A stretch of 64,000 nucleotides of DNA from Squalus acanthias (GCA_030390025.1 CM059431.1:118980001-119044000); one strand, 5' to 3'; shown: positions 24,955 through 39,266, counted from the stretch's first letter. Notes: generated by a model from the sequence alone, not told the origin. Numbers and translations are program-made.

Positions 24955-27900
24955 TCATAGAGTCACAGAGTAACGGTACAGAAGGAGGCCATTCAGCCTA
25001 CTGAATCCATGCCGGCTCTCTGTGGAGCAATCCAGTCAGTCCCATTCCCCTGTTCTATCCCCATAGCCCTGCAAGTTTATTTCCCTCATGTGCCTATCCA
25101 GTCTCCCCTTGAAAACATTGAGTGTCTCCATTTCCACCACTTCCATCGGCAGCGAGTTCTAGGTCCTCGCCATTCGCTGCGTAAAAAAGTTTTTCCTCAC
25201 ATCCCCCCTGTATCACTTGCCCAAAACCTTAAATCTGTGTCCCGTAGTTCTTGTTCCATCAACTAGTGGGAACAGCCTTTTCCCGTCTAGCATGTCCAAA
25301 CCCAACATAATCTTGTACACCTCTATCAAATCACCCCTCAACCTCCTTTGCTCTAATGAAAACAAATCCAGCTTCTCCAAACTGTCCTTGTAGCTAAGAT
25401 CCCCCATTCTGGTAAATCTGCTCTGCACCCTCTCAAGGGCCTTCACATCCTTCCTAAAGTGTGGTGACCAGAACTGGACACAATACTCCAGTTGTAGCTA
25501 AACCAGCACTTTATAAAGGTTCAGCATAACTCTATACCTCTACTTATGAAGCCCAAGATCCCATATGCTTTGCTAACCACTCTCTCAAAATGTCCTGCCA
25601 CTTTCAGGGACCTATGTACATTAACTCCCAGGTCCCTCTGTCCCTGCACACTCTTTAAAACTGTGCCATTAAGTGTATATTGCTTCTCCTTGTTCTTCTG
25701 CCAAAATGCATCATCTCACACTTCTCTGTATTAAATTCATCTGCCATTTGTCTGCCCATTCTGCTAGCCTTTCTATGTCCTGCTGCAGTCGATTAGTATC
25801 TTCTCACTGTTTGCCACTCCCCCAAGTTTGGTGTCATTGGCAAATTTAGAAATTCTACTCTGTATTCCAATATCCAGGTCATTTATATATATCAAAAAAA
25901 GCGGTGGCCCCAGCACTGACCCTTGGGGAACACCACTATCTACCATCCTCCAGTCTGAAAAACAGCCATTTACCACAACTTGCTGTTTTCTGTTCTTAAG
26001 CCAATTCCTTATGCAAGCTGCCACTGACCCACCTATTCCATGAGTCTCAATTTTGTTAATCAGCCTTCTATGTGGTACTTTGTCAAACGCCTTCCGAAAA
26101 TCCATGCAGACAACATCCATTGCATTCGCTTCATCAATCATCCGTTACATCATCAAAAAATTCAATTAGATTAGTCAATCACGATCTGCCTTTTACAAAT
26201 CCATGTTGGCTCTCCTTAATTAGCTTAAACCTCTCCAAGTGCCCATTAATTTTTTCCTTGATTATTGTTTCTAAAACTGATGTTAAACTGACCGGCCTGT
26301 ATTTACTAGGATTGTCCTTACACCCTTTCTTGAACAATGGTGTCACATTTGCCACTTTCCAATCCTCAGGCACCTCCCCCGCATCTAGGGAAGATTGGAA
26401 AATTGTGGCAAGCCATTCTGCTATCCCCTCCCCCAATTCCCTTAGCAACCTGGGATGCAAGCCATCTGGACCAGGCAACTTATCCACTCTAAACATATCC
26501 AGCCTTTCCAGTACATCCTGTCTATCAATTTCACCCCTTCCATTGCTCTATCTTTTCCACTTCTACCGATATTTTGTCAGCATGCACTTCCTTAGTAAAC
26601 ACCGATGCAAAGTACTAATTGAGTATTCTAGCCTTGCCCTGCATCTCTAAGCATATATCACCTTCTTTTTCCCTAATCGGCCCCACATTGCCTCTTACTA
26701 CCCGTTTACTGTTTACATGCCGGTAGAAGATTTTTGGGTTCCCTTTTATGTTAACCGCCATTCTACTCTCATATTCTCTCTTTGCCAATCTTCTTTTCAT
26801 CTTCACTTCCCCTCTCAACTTATTGCATTTGGTCTGGTTCTCCCTTGAAGAATTCACCTGACATGCATCATATACCCTCTTTTTTTGTTTAAGCATCTTC
26901 TCTATCTCCCTTGTCATCCAAGGAGCCCTTGCTTTGGTTCCCTTACCCTTCCCTCTTGTTGGAATGTACCTAGACTGTACTTGGAACATCTCCTTAAAGA
27001 TCACCCATTGTTCCATTACAATTTTTCCTGTCAGTCTTTGGTTCCATTTTACCCTGGCTAGATCCTTTCGCATCCCATTGAAGCCCTATTCCAGTTTCGA
27101 AGTTCCACTCTAGATTGTTCCTTGATCCTCTCCATTGCTAATCTAAATCTTCTGAAACGATGATCACTCATACCCAAGTGTTCTCCCACAGACACTTGGT
27201 CGACCTGGCCCACCTCATTCCCTAGCACCAGATCGAGCAATACCTCCTTCCTAGTTGGGCCAAGAACATACTGGTCAAGGAAATTTTCCTGAACACATTT
27301 CAGAAATTCCTTCCCCTCTTTTCTCTTTACCCTAGCATTATCCCAATCGATATTTGGGTAATTAAAGTCCCCCAATATCACCACTCGATAGCTCTTGCAT
27401 ATCTCTGCGATTTCCCTGCAGATTTGCTCCTCTACCTCCCTCTTACTATTTGGAGGCCTATAGCATACCCCCAATAGTGTGATCATACCCTTTTTGCTCC
27501 TCAACTCTAACTAAATGGATTCTGCCCTTGTCCCCTCAAGAACATCCTCCCTTTCCAACACTGCAATGTCTTCCTTAATCAGCACTGCCACCCCACCTTC
27601 CTTTTTTCCTTCCCTATCTTTTCTGAACACCTTGTACCCTTGAATATTAAGTGCCCAGTCCTCACCGCTTTTAAGCCACGTTTCCGTTATTGCCACATCA
27701 TATTGCCGCATGGTTAATTGTGCTTGTAGCTCACCAAACTTATTCACCACACTTTGTGCGTTTACGTACATGCATTCTAAACCCATTTTTGAATTTTTTG
27801 TAGTCTTTTAGTCTGATCCTAGCTAATATGGTACTACTTCCGCCTCTAATACTACTTTCTTCTCGAGTACAACCAACACACTCACTCTTTTATGCGCCTT

Positions 27901-28470
27901 AGTCCTCCTTTCTACTCCTATATGCTGGTGCCCATCCCCCTGCCAAGCTAGTTTAAACCCTCCCTAACTGCACTAGCAAACCTCCCCGTGAGAATATTGG
28001 TGCCGGCTCTGTTGAGAAGTAACCCGTCCGGCTTGTACAGGTCCCACCTTCCCCAGAAACGGTCCCAATGCCTCAGGAATCTAAAGCCCTCCCTCCTGCA
28101 CCATCTCTCCAGCCACGCATTTATCTGTTCTATCCTCCTATTTCTGTACTCACTAGCACATGGCACCGGGAGTAATCCGGAGATTACTACCTTTGAGGTC
28201 CTGCTTTTTAATCTCTTTCCTAGCTCCCTATAGTCTGCCTGCAGGACCTCATCCCTCTTTCTGCCTATGTCGTCGGTACCGATATGAACAACGACCTCTA
28301 GCTGTTCACCCTCCCACCCTCAGAGTGTCGTGCAGTCACTCAGTGACATCCTTGACCCTGGCACCAGGGAGGCAACATACCATCCTGGAGTCACGCCTGC
28401 ATCCACAGAAACGCCTATCTGTTCCCCTAACTAATGAATCCCCTATCACTATTGCTCTTCCACTCTTCAG
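24955..28470 (-). mobile_element. CR1 LINE with ORF1 esterase remnant and fragmented ORF2 (endonuclease + RT)
   Basis: ORF1 SGNH-like RIEQINAWLERWCRREGFRFLRHWDRFWGRWDLYKPDG; ORF2 [39 protein letters not shown]; multiple frameshifts. Confidence 0.92.
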
Positions 28471-28833
28471 TTTTTGTACTGCTGAGTTTCTCATTTCTAT
28501 AATTTATACATGTAAATTTGATCCAGTCCACATTAATATTTAATGTGATGTTACTTGTAGCTTGTGAGATCTATCCTCAAAGTTTCATTAAAAAAAAGGA
28601 CTTGTGTGTTTTGAAATATAAGTAAAAGATAAACCAAAATTGTAAATATATAAAATAGATCAAACAGGTATTATTTGTGAATTTGTTCTAAATGATACAA
28701 ATCACACAGTTACCATGTTTCAAAAGGACAAGATTCTTTGAATTATAAGGAAAACTCCTTGATTTACCTGATCATTTCTGCAAATGAGCTCAAACGGCTA
28801 CAGTTGTCTGAAGTGCTATTGTAGCAACATAAT

Positions 28834-29572
28834 GGGCTGTATTTTCCAATTGGAGGCCACCTGCGTGCGGAGGCCTCCGATCTGGAAAAATCTAAGAACT
28901 TACCTGAGGGCTCCCGAGGCGCTTCCGATCCTGGGCCTCTCCAAACTCCAAGTGCGCAGGGCCCACATATCCCAGAGGCGCATGCGGTTCGCAAGCGTCC
29001 CTGGGATCACGTGGGCCTTGGGGAGCCAATAGAAGAGGGAATCTCCCTTCATACACTTGACAGATAGAACTGTCAAATATATGAATGGAGATCACCCCAA
29101 AAACATAGTAAAACTTTAAATAAATTTTTAAAAACATCACCATTTTAAAACTAGTTGAAATTACAATAAATTAAATATTTTAAACAAAAATTAATTTTTT
29201 GAAAAAAATATTTAAAGTTTTTTACGGGGCTAAAAATAAACTTACCTTTTTTTAAAAAGTATTTTTAAATGATAAATCAGTGAAAATTAAAAAAAAATGT
29301 TTTTAACTCTTATCCTGGCCTTACGCTTGCTTTTACCAGGCGTAAGAATTCTCAGGGTTTTCTGCGGGCGGAGGTTCTGCAGAAAGCGGAACTCTCTGCC
29401 CGCGGAGGCCCTTCTCCAGCGCAGGCGTCCGATCTGTCAAGAGCATTCTTGACAGATCGGAAATGCTGGTTTTCAGCGCATGCGCTTGGCATGCCTGAAA
29501 CCGGCATTTCCGATGTCCCTACGGGTGCGTACACAGCGCGTACCCACCCGTAGGGATCGGAATATCCAGCCC
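28834..29572. mobile_element. Non-autonomous Harbinger-type element (family shared with 44992-45678)
   Basis: TIRs GGGCTGTATTTTCC / GGAATATCCAGCCC; perfect AAT TSD; GC-rich ends around an A/T-rich core. Confidence 0.88.
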
Positions 29573-29764
29573 AATGATTTCCCCTTCAAGCTTAGTAAAG
29601 ATAGAATTTTACATTTTTGAGTTAACCATGTCAGTATCAACAATGCTAGCAAGCTGAAAGTTATCCATGTTTTTCTCCTCCTGCTCTTTTACTTAGTACT
29701 GAATTCAACAGAAAGAAAACAAATGCCCAGAGGCTGCGTACAATTAATCCAGTATTGCCAAAGG

Positions 29765-30115
29765 TGGACTCCCCCAGTGATTCAGTTGGTTAAGGCAGTG
29801 AGAAGATGATCCACAGGCTAGGAAGATCCCAGGTTCATCCCAGTCTGTTCTGGGTTAGCTGATGTCAGCAAGGGTGTAATGTGCTGTCGTTGATTTCAGT
29901 GCCCCTGAGTTGGGGAAAGAGGAATTGACCCCTTTTGGACGCACAGCTGTATGGATGTTGAGTAACAACAGCATTAAGCTCAGCTGTGATGTCATCCATG
30001 GTAGCATAGCCTTCGAATGCTTACTTATAGAGAATGGTCACTTGGTAAGGTACCAGAGGGTGACTGGCTCCATACCTAACTGTACCTCCACAAGGAAGGA
30101 GATAGTGCCTTTAGG
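29765..30115 (+). mobile_element. Old SINE-like repeat (related copy at ~34985-35360)
   Basis: Degenerate B box caggttc and shared blocks (gctgat.tca.c, gctcag.t.tgatg, ggt.act) between the two regions. Confidence 0.4.
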
Positions 30116-30210
30116 TTAGGAAAGGAGAGGACGCAAATTGGAAAATAAGGGAAAAAAGAGCTATTTGGGGACATTTTCAAATGAAAATTATTGCTTTTAT
30201 TGTAACTTCT

Positions 30211-30582
30211 GTTCAAATCCATCCATGGCCTCACACCCTATCTCTGTAACCTCCTCCAGCCCTACAACCTTTCGAGATCTCTGCGCTCCTCCAATTCTGG
30301 CCACTTACAAATCCCTGATTTTAATCGCACCACCATTGGTGGCCACGGCTTCAGCTGCCTGGACCCAAAGCTCTGGAATTCCCTCCCTAAACCTCTCCAT
30401 CTTCCTCTCCTCTTTTAAGTTGCTGCTTAAAACCTACCTCTTTGACAAGCTTTTGGTCACCTGTCCTAATATCTCTTTATGTGGCTCGGTGTCAAATTTT
30501 GGCTGATAACTCTCCTGTGAAGCGCCTTGGGACATTTTTACTATGTTAAAGGCGCTTATAGCAATGCAAGTTGTTGTTGTTG
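30211..30582 (+). mobile_element. L2 LINE 3' fragment
   Basis: Homologous to 14460-14854; (GTT)n tail. Confidence 0.82.
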
Positions 30583-31763
30583 TAACTGCATAGTTTTTAG
30601 TGAGTAACTGCACTGTATGGTACTGATTTCCATGGACCATAAAAGTTCCAAATTCAATGCTGAATTTGCTAATCTCAGCCAGGACATTGTAGGGGCACTC
30701 CAACTGACATCAGTTCCCATGTTCCCAGGTGTATCCAGTGACCCTTGCTAAAAAGAGATTGTGCATGTGGATTTTGGGCAAGGACAAAATCAAGCTTGGT
30801 GAGATGCCCCCCATGTTAAAATCACCTGCCATAGCTCACCGTCTTGATCCATACATGAAAAATAGCCATTTGGATAAGATGAACATTATAATCAGCGCCT
30901 TCAGAAGATAAGGGGAGAACATTTTTAAAAACACACCCACGGGTGCATTAGTTCTCAGTGCTGAATTGAAAACCCCGTAATGACATGAGACAGAAGAATG
31001 AGAACATGCAGGTTGTGAAGAAGAATCTTATCATTACTCAACCTGTATTTCTTGAGTATGAACACAGGACAAGTTTGCATAAAATAGGAGAATAAAATAT
31101 AAACCAAGGAGAAAAGAGTCAAAAATAACAATTGCAATATCTAAGAAATAAACAACGTATCCAACAGTTGTTCACCAATGTCACACGCATAACATCTACA
31201 GAATAAATCATCAGTGGGTATCGATTAGAAATATACCCCAGAAATTAAACACATATGAAAGCTATTCAGCCTATCAAGCCCATTCTTTCTACAAGCCACA
31301 CACTATTATTTCCTCTACCCAGCTTATTTAATCTCCTGATGGAAATTTCTGTGTAAATACTTTCTTATCACAAAGGCAATCACCCAGAATATTTATTCAT
31401 CCTCACCATTTCCACTACTCATTGCTGGGCCTCTGGGTTGCTACATCCATAGACAACATTACCCTGCCCCCAATTCATCCCAACAACAGGGGTCCATTGT
31501 GTCCCATTAAGTATCTGATCATCTCAGTCTATACCGACCTCTATAACCTTGACCGATATACCTATCTACATAATTAAAAGACTTAATCCAAGTCAGGAAG
31601 TGCTGGTTATGCGGGATAGATATGCCAGCGTTTTAGGAAGAGGAGGGACAGTTGGTTCTTGGGGCGGGGAGCCTGCAGACCGTGTTGGCCTCATTTTTTT
31701 TTCTTCTCCCAGGCTCCTGCAGTCTGCTCTGCTTTGCCAATTATTCATGCTTTCATCTCTACG

Positions 31764-31903
31764 AGCGGGGGTTGAACTCTGCACCTTCTGACTCAGAAGT
31801 GGGCATGCTACCACTAAGCCAAAGCTCAGTCCAGCTGGGGTAGCTCCTGCTAGTGGTAGCATGCCCACTTCTGAGTCAGAAGGTGCAGAGCTCAACCCCC
31901 GCT
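31764..31903. repeat. Inverted repeat of a tRNA-SINE head (53-bp arms, 34-bp spacer)
   Basis: 31764-31816 is the reverse complement of 31851-31903 with one mismatch. Confidence 0.92.
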
Positions 31904-33014
31904 TTAGACAGTCTCAATGAGCAGAGAACAGAGCTCTGGTTCTGAATGCTGGGTTGATATCCAGTAGGATACTCATGTCTGGTGGGTGTTGTGGAAGCCC
32001 ATAAAACTCTTGTGCCATGTAAGACTATCCTATTGGTTGGTATAAAGATGGTTACAGCCATGGCAGAAGTGTTCACATTGCAGCCTGTCAAAATGTTAAT
32101 TAGCCTGTGAATACTTCCATTACTTCACAATATTCTCCAAGGTAGAAGTGTGAAGATATGAAAACAACCACCACCCCGGCTTTTCACACATTCTTTTGTC
32201 TTATATTGTTAATATTACCAGCCATTTACCCACCTTCTGTTTTACACATAAGGACATTGTCGGTTATTACATTTCTTCGCATCTCTATGTTTTTCCCTCA
32301 CCTTCCCTTTTTTTCTGTTCCTTTTTAAATACTGTTCTCTGTATTGTCTTCCTGTTCTGATGCAGGGTCCACCTGATACGTTAACTTGCCTGTTCTCTCT
32401 GCAGATGTGCTAAATGGGGCAATTTCTCAAGCACCAATGGATTCCCAGTGCATTAAACCAGGACTGATTGATTTTTGCTCAATGGGAACAATTTGATAAA
32501 TAGGACGATTTAATTTCCACCACGGTGTCCCAATTAATAGACTTTTGCTACCAATGTGTTTCGAAAATCATGATACCCTGAACAGACAAAAACAGTCAAA
32601 TCTATCCCCACTCCATTATGAAAATCAGAACATCACTAATTTCCTAATTGGTAATGAAATGTCTAATTAGCAACGGCACCTAATTATCTGAAGAAAATCT
32701 ACTTTTCTCTAAAAGCTCTATTCCAGTGTTAAAGGGAATAGACATTATCACGAACTTTGAAAATCTGCAAACCTTCTATGACCCTTGAGGATAACTTGTA
32801 CACACAGAACACTGTCCAGAAGAAATTTAAAATATGTCAGCTGATTTTTCAAAATTCCCCTTCACTTTTAGGATTTTTTTCATTAAACCAGTGCTGCTGG
32901 TTGATTGGAACATCTTACCTGAATTCAAAATCTCAAAGTCAAAAAAAAATCTTAAAAATAACTCTGGTGCTCGTTTCCAATAACACTGGGAAAGAAATTA
33001 AATCCTCCCTTCTC

Positions 33015-34292
33015 GTCCACATACACCCACGCTTCCGCCACATACACCACCCACCCCTCCACAAACAACCCCCTCCACAAACCCCTTCCACACCCCCTCC
33101 ACCCCCACTCCGCACCTCCCTCCACACCCCCTCTGCAACTCCCCCTCCATGCCCCACCTTCAGCCCCACTCCACCGCCCTCCGCACCCCCCACTCCCCCT
33201 CCACACCACCCACTCCGCCTCTGCACAATCCTCTCCACACCCCCTTCACAACTCCCCTCCACTCGCCCCTCCGCATACACACCAGTCCGCCCCCCTCCGC
33301 ACCTCCCTCCACCCCCACTCCACACCTCCCTCCACACCCCCTCTGCAACTCCCTCCACACCCCACCTTTACCCTCCACTCCAGCCCCTTCCGCAACCCCC
33401 AGCCCCATTCCACCCCCCACACCCCTGCACCCCTCTTCGCACACCCGCATCCCCTCCGCACCCGCCTTCACACCCCGTCTGTAACACCCCCTCCACACCT
33501 CACCTTCAGTCCCACTCCACCGCCCTCCGCACCCCCCCTCCACATCCCCCACTCCCCCTCTGCACCCCCCACTCCCCCGCCGCACTCCTGCACCCACCTC
33601 CGCACACCCCTCTCCACACCCCCTTTCACAACCCCCCTCCACTCGCCCCTCCGCATACACACCACTCCGCATCCACTCCGCCCCCTCCGCACCTCCCTCC
33701 ACACTCACTCCGCAACTCCCTCCACAGCCCACCTTTACCCTCCACTCCAGCCCCCTCCACAACCCCCAGCCTCCTTCCATCCCCCTACACACCCCTCCGC
33801 ACCCCACACCCCTCTTCGCACACCCGCACCCCCCTCTGCACACCCCTTCCCACCCCCATTCCGCACCCCACTCCACACCCTGTCTGCAACACCCCCTCCA
33901 CACCTCACCTTCAGCCCCACTCCACCGCCCTCCGCACCCCCCACGCCCCCTCCGCACCCCCCACTCCTGCACCCGCCTCCGCACACCCCTCTCCACACCC
34001 CCTTTGCAACCCCCCTTCACTCGCCCCTCTGCATACACACCACTCCGCCCCCTCCGCACCTCCCTCCACACCCACTCCGCAACTCCCCCTCCACAGCCCA
34101 CCTTTACCCTCCACTCCACCCCCCTCCACAACCCCCAGCCCCCCTCGCACCCCACACCCCCTCCTCACCCCCTCCACACCTCCTCTCCACACCCCCCTCC
34201 ACAAACCCCTCCACTCCCCCCTCCGCATACACCCCCCTTCCGCACCCCCCGTACCCCCATCCCCTCCCCCCTCCACACACACCCCTCCCCCA
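33015..34292. repeat. C-rich low-complexity tandem repeat with ~370-400-bp higher-order period
   Basis: CCCCTCCACA/CCGCAC subunits; marker actcgcccctc.gcatacacacca recurs at ~33261, 33641 and 34019. Confidence 0.88.
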
Positions 34293-36044
34293 TTCCTTTA
34301 TCTAGTTGCTGTTGTGTGAAAAGTAGTGACATCATCAAACACTATACTTTAAGAGCACAAGAACAGAAACATGAGAAGGTGGAACTGAGAAAGAACCATT
34401 AAGCTCATCTTTCAATTTAGCTTTATAGGCAAGAGTTTCTCAGAATATTTTCCATTTCTCTCCTACCTCATCCTCAAGTCTGTATCCTTCTGCTCCCTGT
34501 TTAATCAGGAACCTCTCTTGCAATGATTCATGTACACATTCCCTGTTCTGGGAAGACATCTAATTTGAGCATTAATTTTAAAATCTACCCAACTCAAATT
34601 TTCTCAGATTATAATAAGATCCTTTAGGATTCCTCTACCTCCACTGCAATAATTCCCTGGAGTGGTTAAAATTATATTAAAATGGCTGCATAATATAATG
34701 GGCCTTGAAATTAAGCTGTGTGAATATTAGCATGCAAATACAAGTTTGTATAAAATGTCTTTGTCTGGTATTTTAACAGAGTCATTAAGACATTACAATA
34801 GCTATTAAAAAGCAGATGAGGGAATTTCATACAAATGTGTTAATGTTCATACACTAATTTTCACACTGCATAATTTCAAGACCATGATTTCTAAAATAAG
34901 TACATAATCTAAGACATATTCCTATTTGTAAAAATATTCTTTTTAATATAAATGAGAGAAGAATCACTCCTAGTTCCACTGATGGACCAGTAGATAACTG
35001 GTGTACCAGGTGCGTTACAGAGCCACACTGAACAGTAGTGTCTCAGAATTCAATCTCTGATCTGATCTGTGCTCGTCTGCTGATCTCAACTGAGGTAGTT
35101 TTAGCAGTAATAAATTGGCCTAAGAGCCATGGTTTGGCGAAAGATAAATCAACCCGGATTCCTGCTCCCAAGGCCAGTAGCCAGTGACTCCTGCTTGAAA
35201 ATGAGAGCATGGATGTCCATTGATGACAGGATTGAGCTCAGTTCTGATGCTCCCCCTGGCCAAACAGCTTACAGACAACAATGTCTAAATTCACACAAGA
35301 AGTAGGGTGACTTTAGCTAATTATCGTAGGGTTACCAGTGCCTGTAAAACCATACTACTGCACCAGTCACCATATTTTGGCATTAACATTTAGTTGTTTT
35401 ACCTTAATGGAATATTAAATAAAAGGTTGTCAGATGGATGCTTGACTGACTTGTTAAAAACATAGGACTAATTCAAGTCTGCTTGTTTATAAATTCTGAG
35501 GATTGCAACAACACATTTTTTTAAAACAAAGAAGGGATTTTATGAGCTGAGGAACCATTTACTGCCAATAGATTCTATTAACAAGGTATCCTTTGCCAAG
35601 ACTGTCAGTCCAATGTGCTGACCACTTAAGTGACACTGTAGTTCACAAATCAATGCAAAACTAGATGATCGTTACTTCTGCACACCGTTTAGAGCCTTGG
35701 ATGCTTGCAGTCATCTCTGTGTACCACTGATGCCACTAGTTGCTGCAGTCAGGGAAAAATACCATGGTCACTTCAGAGCATTTTGGAAAATTTCAGTGTC
35801 TCCCAAAGTTTAAACAGCTGCAAAACATTCAAATAAAATGGCGATTGATAAATATTTAGCACTATGCATAAGTGTGAGCAAAGCTCTTCATATAGATGGG
35901 TCTTCTGTTCTGATGAGGGCTAAATAACTAAATCAGTCTTCAGATTAAACCAGTCATTTTAATGTTGAAAAATTTTGCCATTATAAAACTCTAAAATAAT
36001 CCTATTAAATGTCCTCTAAGTGCCACCTCCATAGTATTTTCTGT

Positions 36045-36161
36045 TTTATTATGTTACATAACGATGACTTGAACAAAATAGTTTACATCATATCACTGAT
36101 GTAGCCTGAGCAATAGAGTGACATTAATTGGTCATGCTTAAGTGTACTTTATATATTTATT
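36045..36161 (-). terminator. Candidate polyadenylation signals for the SLITRK1-like mRNA
   Basis: AATAAA on the minus strand at 36156-36161 and 36045-36050, about 0.9-1.0 kb past the stop in an AU-rich region. Confidence 0.35.
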
Positions 36162-37073
36162 CCCAAATTTAAAAAAAAAAGAATATTCCATTGGCCATTT
36201 TAATTCCTTTACCACGGTACAAAACATAGTAACTACTCTGAAATTTAGATGGAAATAGGCATTAGCAAATATAAAATAACACCCAAAACATGGAAAAATT
36301 CATAATATAAAATAAATAGTTACTAACCATGCATGAACAAATATGGTCTAAAAACAAGATGACCTGCAGCTTACACCTTATCTAAACAATAATAGCACAA
36401 ACTGCACAATTATAATCACAGCAAAAATAAACAGGGGAAGGTCACTGTGATCAATACTGGAGACATGACTTCATAGAATACAATTAGTACTCATGAATGG
36501 AGCATAATAATAGCTATTTCCTCCAGCTATGTGGTGTATCCCTGTGGTGTTGAGTTCATGCATGACATGCATCACTTGCTTCTAATTAGACAGTTCTGTA
36601 CAATACATTCATGCGTTCGTGCAACTTTACAACTGTAAAACCTAAATGCCGTAATCTACTTCCCCTTTTTTGTATTCTTTTTACAATTCTCCCTTATCTC
36701 CAAATGACAACAAATCGTCTTTATATTTTTTTTTTATACAACTGATTAATTGTCATTTACATTCGGAATATCAACATGAAAAGAGCACTGAAAAGCACAA
36801 CATTACCGCCTGTGCTTTCTTGCGAAATACGTGTATGTTTCACAGCAGGAGAAAAATTGTTAGTTCTAAAAGTTATATGCACTTCTGTGGCGTGCGTGCT
36901 TTCTATTTTCATTAGAAAGCTGAGTTCAACATTCTGTTGCAGAATTTTAGCAGAAGCCTATAGTATCATTATTTACATCAGGAGTGTCTAACCATCAATG
37001 TCACGTCCTCATCTCCGGATAATGTGCTGTTTTAAATCACACGCTATATTTGCAGTACTTCATTTCATGAAGC

Positions 37074-38470
37074 CTAGTCTGAAAGGGAGTGTGTAACACA
37101 ATCGTATACTCTATGAGGTCCCTCTGCATGGTAAGGCCCATTGTGCCAGTAAGAATCGCACACTGTTTGCAAGGAGTTAATTTCTGAAGCAGAGGAGTTG
37201 GTATCCCTTTTTCTCGATCTCTTACGATTTCTCAAGATAAACACCAGCATGCCAACAACCGTAAAGGCAGACGTAACAAAGACAAGTAAAAGGCCAGGTA
37301 CCAGCACTGAAATAGAAACTCTGCTGGTCTCCAAGTAGGGATTCACGTGAGTCCCTGTCTCTGCTGATATGGTAATGTTACTGGATGAGGAAAACGTTAG
37401 ATGGATTTTTGCATACAACTCCGGGCACATCAGCTCATTGCTTATAGACTTAAAATCTCTGTCCCAAAATTCTTCAGGAGATGCACATTTTAATTCGCTC
37501 ACAACCACATCAGTGCCCATCCTCTCAACCCACTGCTTGAAAGCTATGATGTTGCATGAACAGTCCCATGGATTTCCATGAAGGTCGATTTGCACAACTG
37601 AAGTTAGCTGATCCAAAACACCAGTGACTGGGAGATACATAAAATAATTGGTGTGTAAACTTAGCTTGGAGAGGGAGACAGAAGAAAACACATCTACAGG
37701 CAAAGACTTCAATAGATTGTTATGTAAAAACAATTCTCTCAGATTTGGCATCCAGTCAAATGTGCCTGGTAGGATTAACTGAATTAAATTGAACTCCAAA
37801 TTCAGGTACTCTGTATTTTGCAGCCCTACAAACATATCGGGGATGAGGGTTTCCAAGTTATTGTTATCCAGATACAGCCAACGCACATCAGTGAGATTAT
37901 GAAAAGTGTTGTTTTCTATTAACTTTATGGCATTATTTCCCAAATCCAACAAAGTCAAACTGCTGTAGTCCAGGAAATGAGTTTTCCTTATGATTCCTAT
38001 ATTATTCTGTCTTAAGAACAGTTCCTGTGCTTTTAATGGTTTGGGCTGGAGCTCAGCTATACTCTCAAGCTTGCTGCCCCTGCAGTTAACCTCAAGACCT
38101 GATTCAGGGCTATTGATAGAACAGCTACAAGCTGTTGGACATCCAGCTAATAAAAGGGGATTACTACTGCCATTAGGTACAATGGCATTGGCCGAAGGTC
38201 TTGTCCTCAGCTGCCAGTTTCCGCTTGGCTTTGATACTCCTGTGTGCACTGATGCTGACGTTGGTGACCTGGGATGCTGAACGGCGGGAGTTGGAGGCAG
38301 CCCAGAAGCCCCTTGAGCAGGTGGAGCAACAAGACTTAAATCATTATCAATCTTCCAAGGGCATAAATCGTATTCGGATGTTTCATTCAGGTCGTTTCCT
38401 TGTAATCGCATGGGTGCCTCACAAACTACTCTTCCAGTCGAGGCTGAATGGGAGATGTGCTCTAGCCATT
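37074..38470 (-). CDS. SLITRK1: SLITRK1-like, coding exon 2 (LRRCT, second LRR block, transmembrane helix, short cytoplasmic tail)
   Basis: The acceptor tttttcccttcaag|AA TGG restores [28 protein letters not shown] segment [27 protein letters not shown] and C-terminus [22 protein letters not shown]...[12 protein letters not shown] are characteristic of SLITRK1. Joined CDS is 670+1397=2067 nt, i.e. 688 aa. Confidence 0.93.
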
Positions 38471-39266
38471 CTTGAAGGGAAAAACAATATAGATTGGAGA
38501 TGTTCCTGATATGTTGCTATATTAATCAATGTTAGCCACCACCATATTGTTAAAATATATATTACAAAAATATCTTATCAAAATTACTGTGCAAAGTATT
38601 AACATAAAGGGTTCACATTAAACTCCAAAATCAATTGTCACTATAATTAGCACAACTTCATCTTGTTAAAATATGCTGATGCTAAAGAATGGAGGCATTC
38701 AGAACCTGCAACATGTCATCACCCCAACTCTCAATTTTACCAACTCTTTGATGGTAAACAGTAAAAGTAACAAACCAGGAAATGAAAACTATCAAGTGTT
38801 ACAGCAAAGTGACCGAAAAAAAACCCCATAAGACTGTATCTTGAGAATGTGTGCTCTGTGCTGATACTGAGCGCCATGGCTACAAGAGACATTTTCAAAG
38901 AAGTACACAACTGAAACTCCTGCATGTTATGAACGAGAGCTGTGTAGCTCTGTACACTCCGGAACTTCCTTTCTGCTTCTCAAGCCATTCTGAATGAAAA
39001 CTGCGCAGGTCAGTTAAGGCACTTCTGTGCTGTGAACTCGTGTTTGCTTCAGACTTGGCACAGATTGTCAGAACTTAATGTACCCCCCTCTAGCTGCCAT
39101 CAATGAACACAGACAGACCACTGCTATTTATCTTGTTCGGAATAGTTTTGATTTGAAGCACCGTTTTACCCAACTACGCCACCTAGCGGTCACAATTAGT
39201 AATTATTATTATCATCCTTCCCCCCCCCCCCCCCCCCCGCTCTTGCTTTAATCCTCATCACCTCAC
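38471..39266 (-). other. 796-bp phase-1 GT-AG intron inside the SLITRK1-like CDS
   Basis: Canonical GT and AG ends with a polypyrimidine tract; splicing restores both frame and homology with no residue gained or lost at the junction. Confidence 0.9.
39174..39192 (-). promoter_or_regulatory. CTCF-like motif in the intron
   Basis: Minus strand TGACCGCTAGGTGGCGTAG fits the CTCF core CCASYAGRKGGCR. A weaker same-orientation motif TGGCAGCTAGAGGGGGGTA lies at ~39081-39099. Confidence 0.5.

Noticed and set aside
32757..34402. Long Pro/His-rich and Gly-rich ORFs (520 aa, 331 aa and others)
   Set aside because: They result from a stop-poor C-rich tandem repeat that is open in many frames.
39196..39266. 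ORF tail [23 protein letters not shown] as a true C-terminus, or two separate LRR genes
   Set aside because: This is intron read-through; splicing joins both ORFs into one full-length SLITRK1-like protein.
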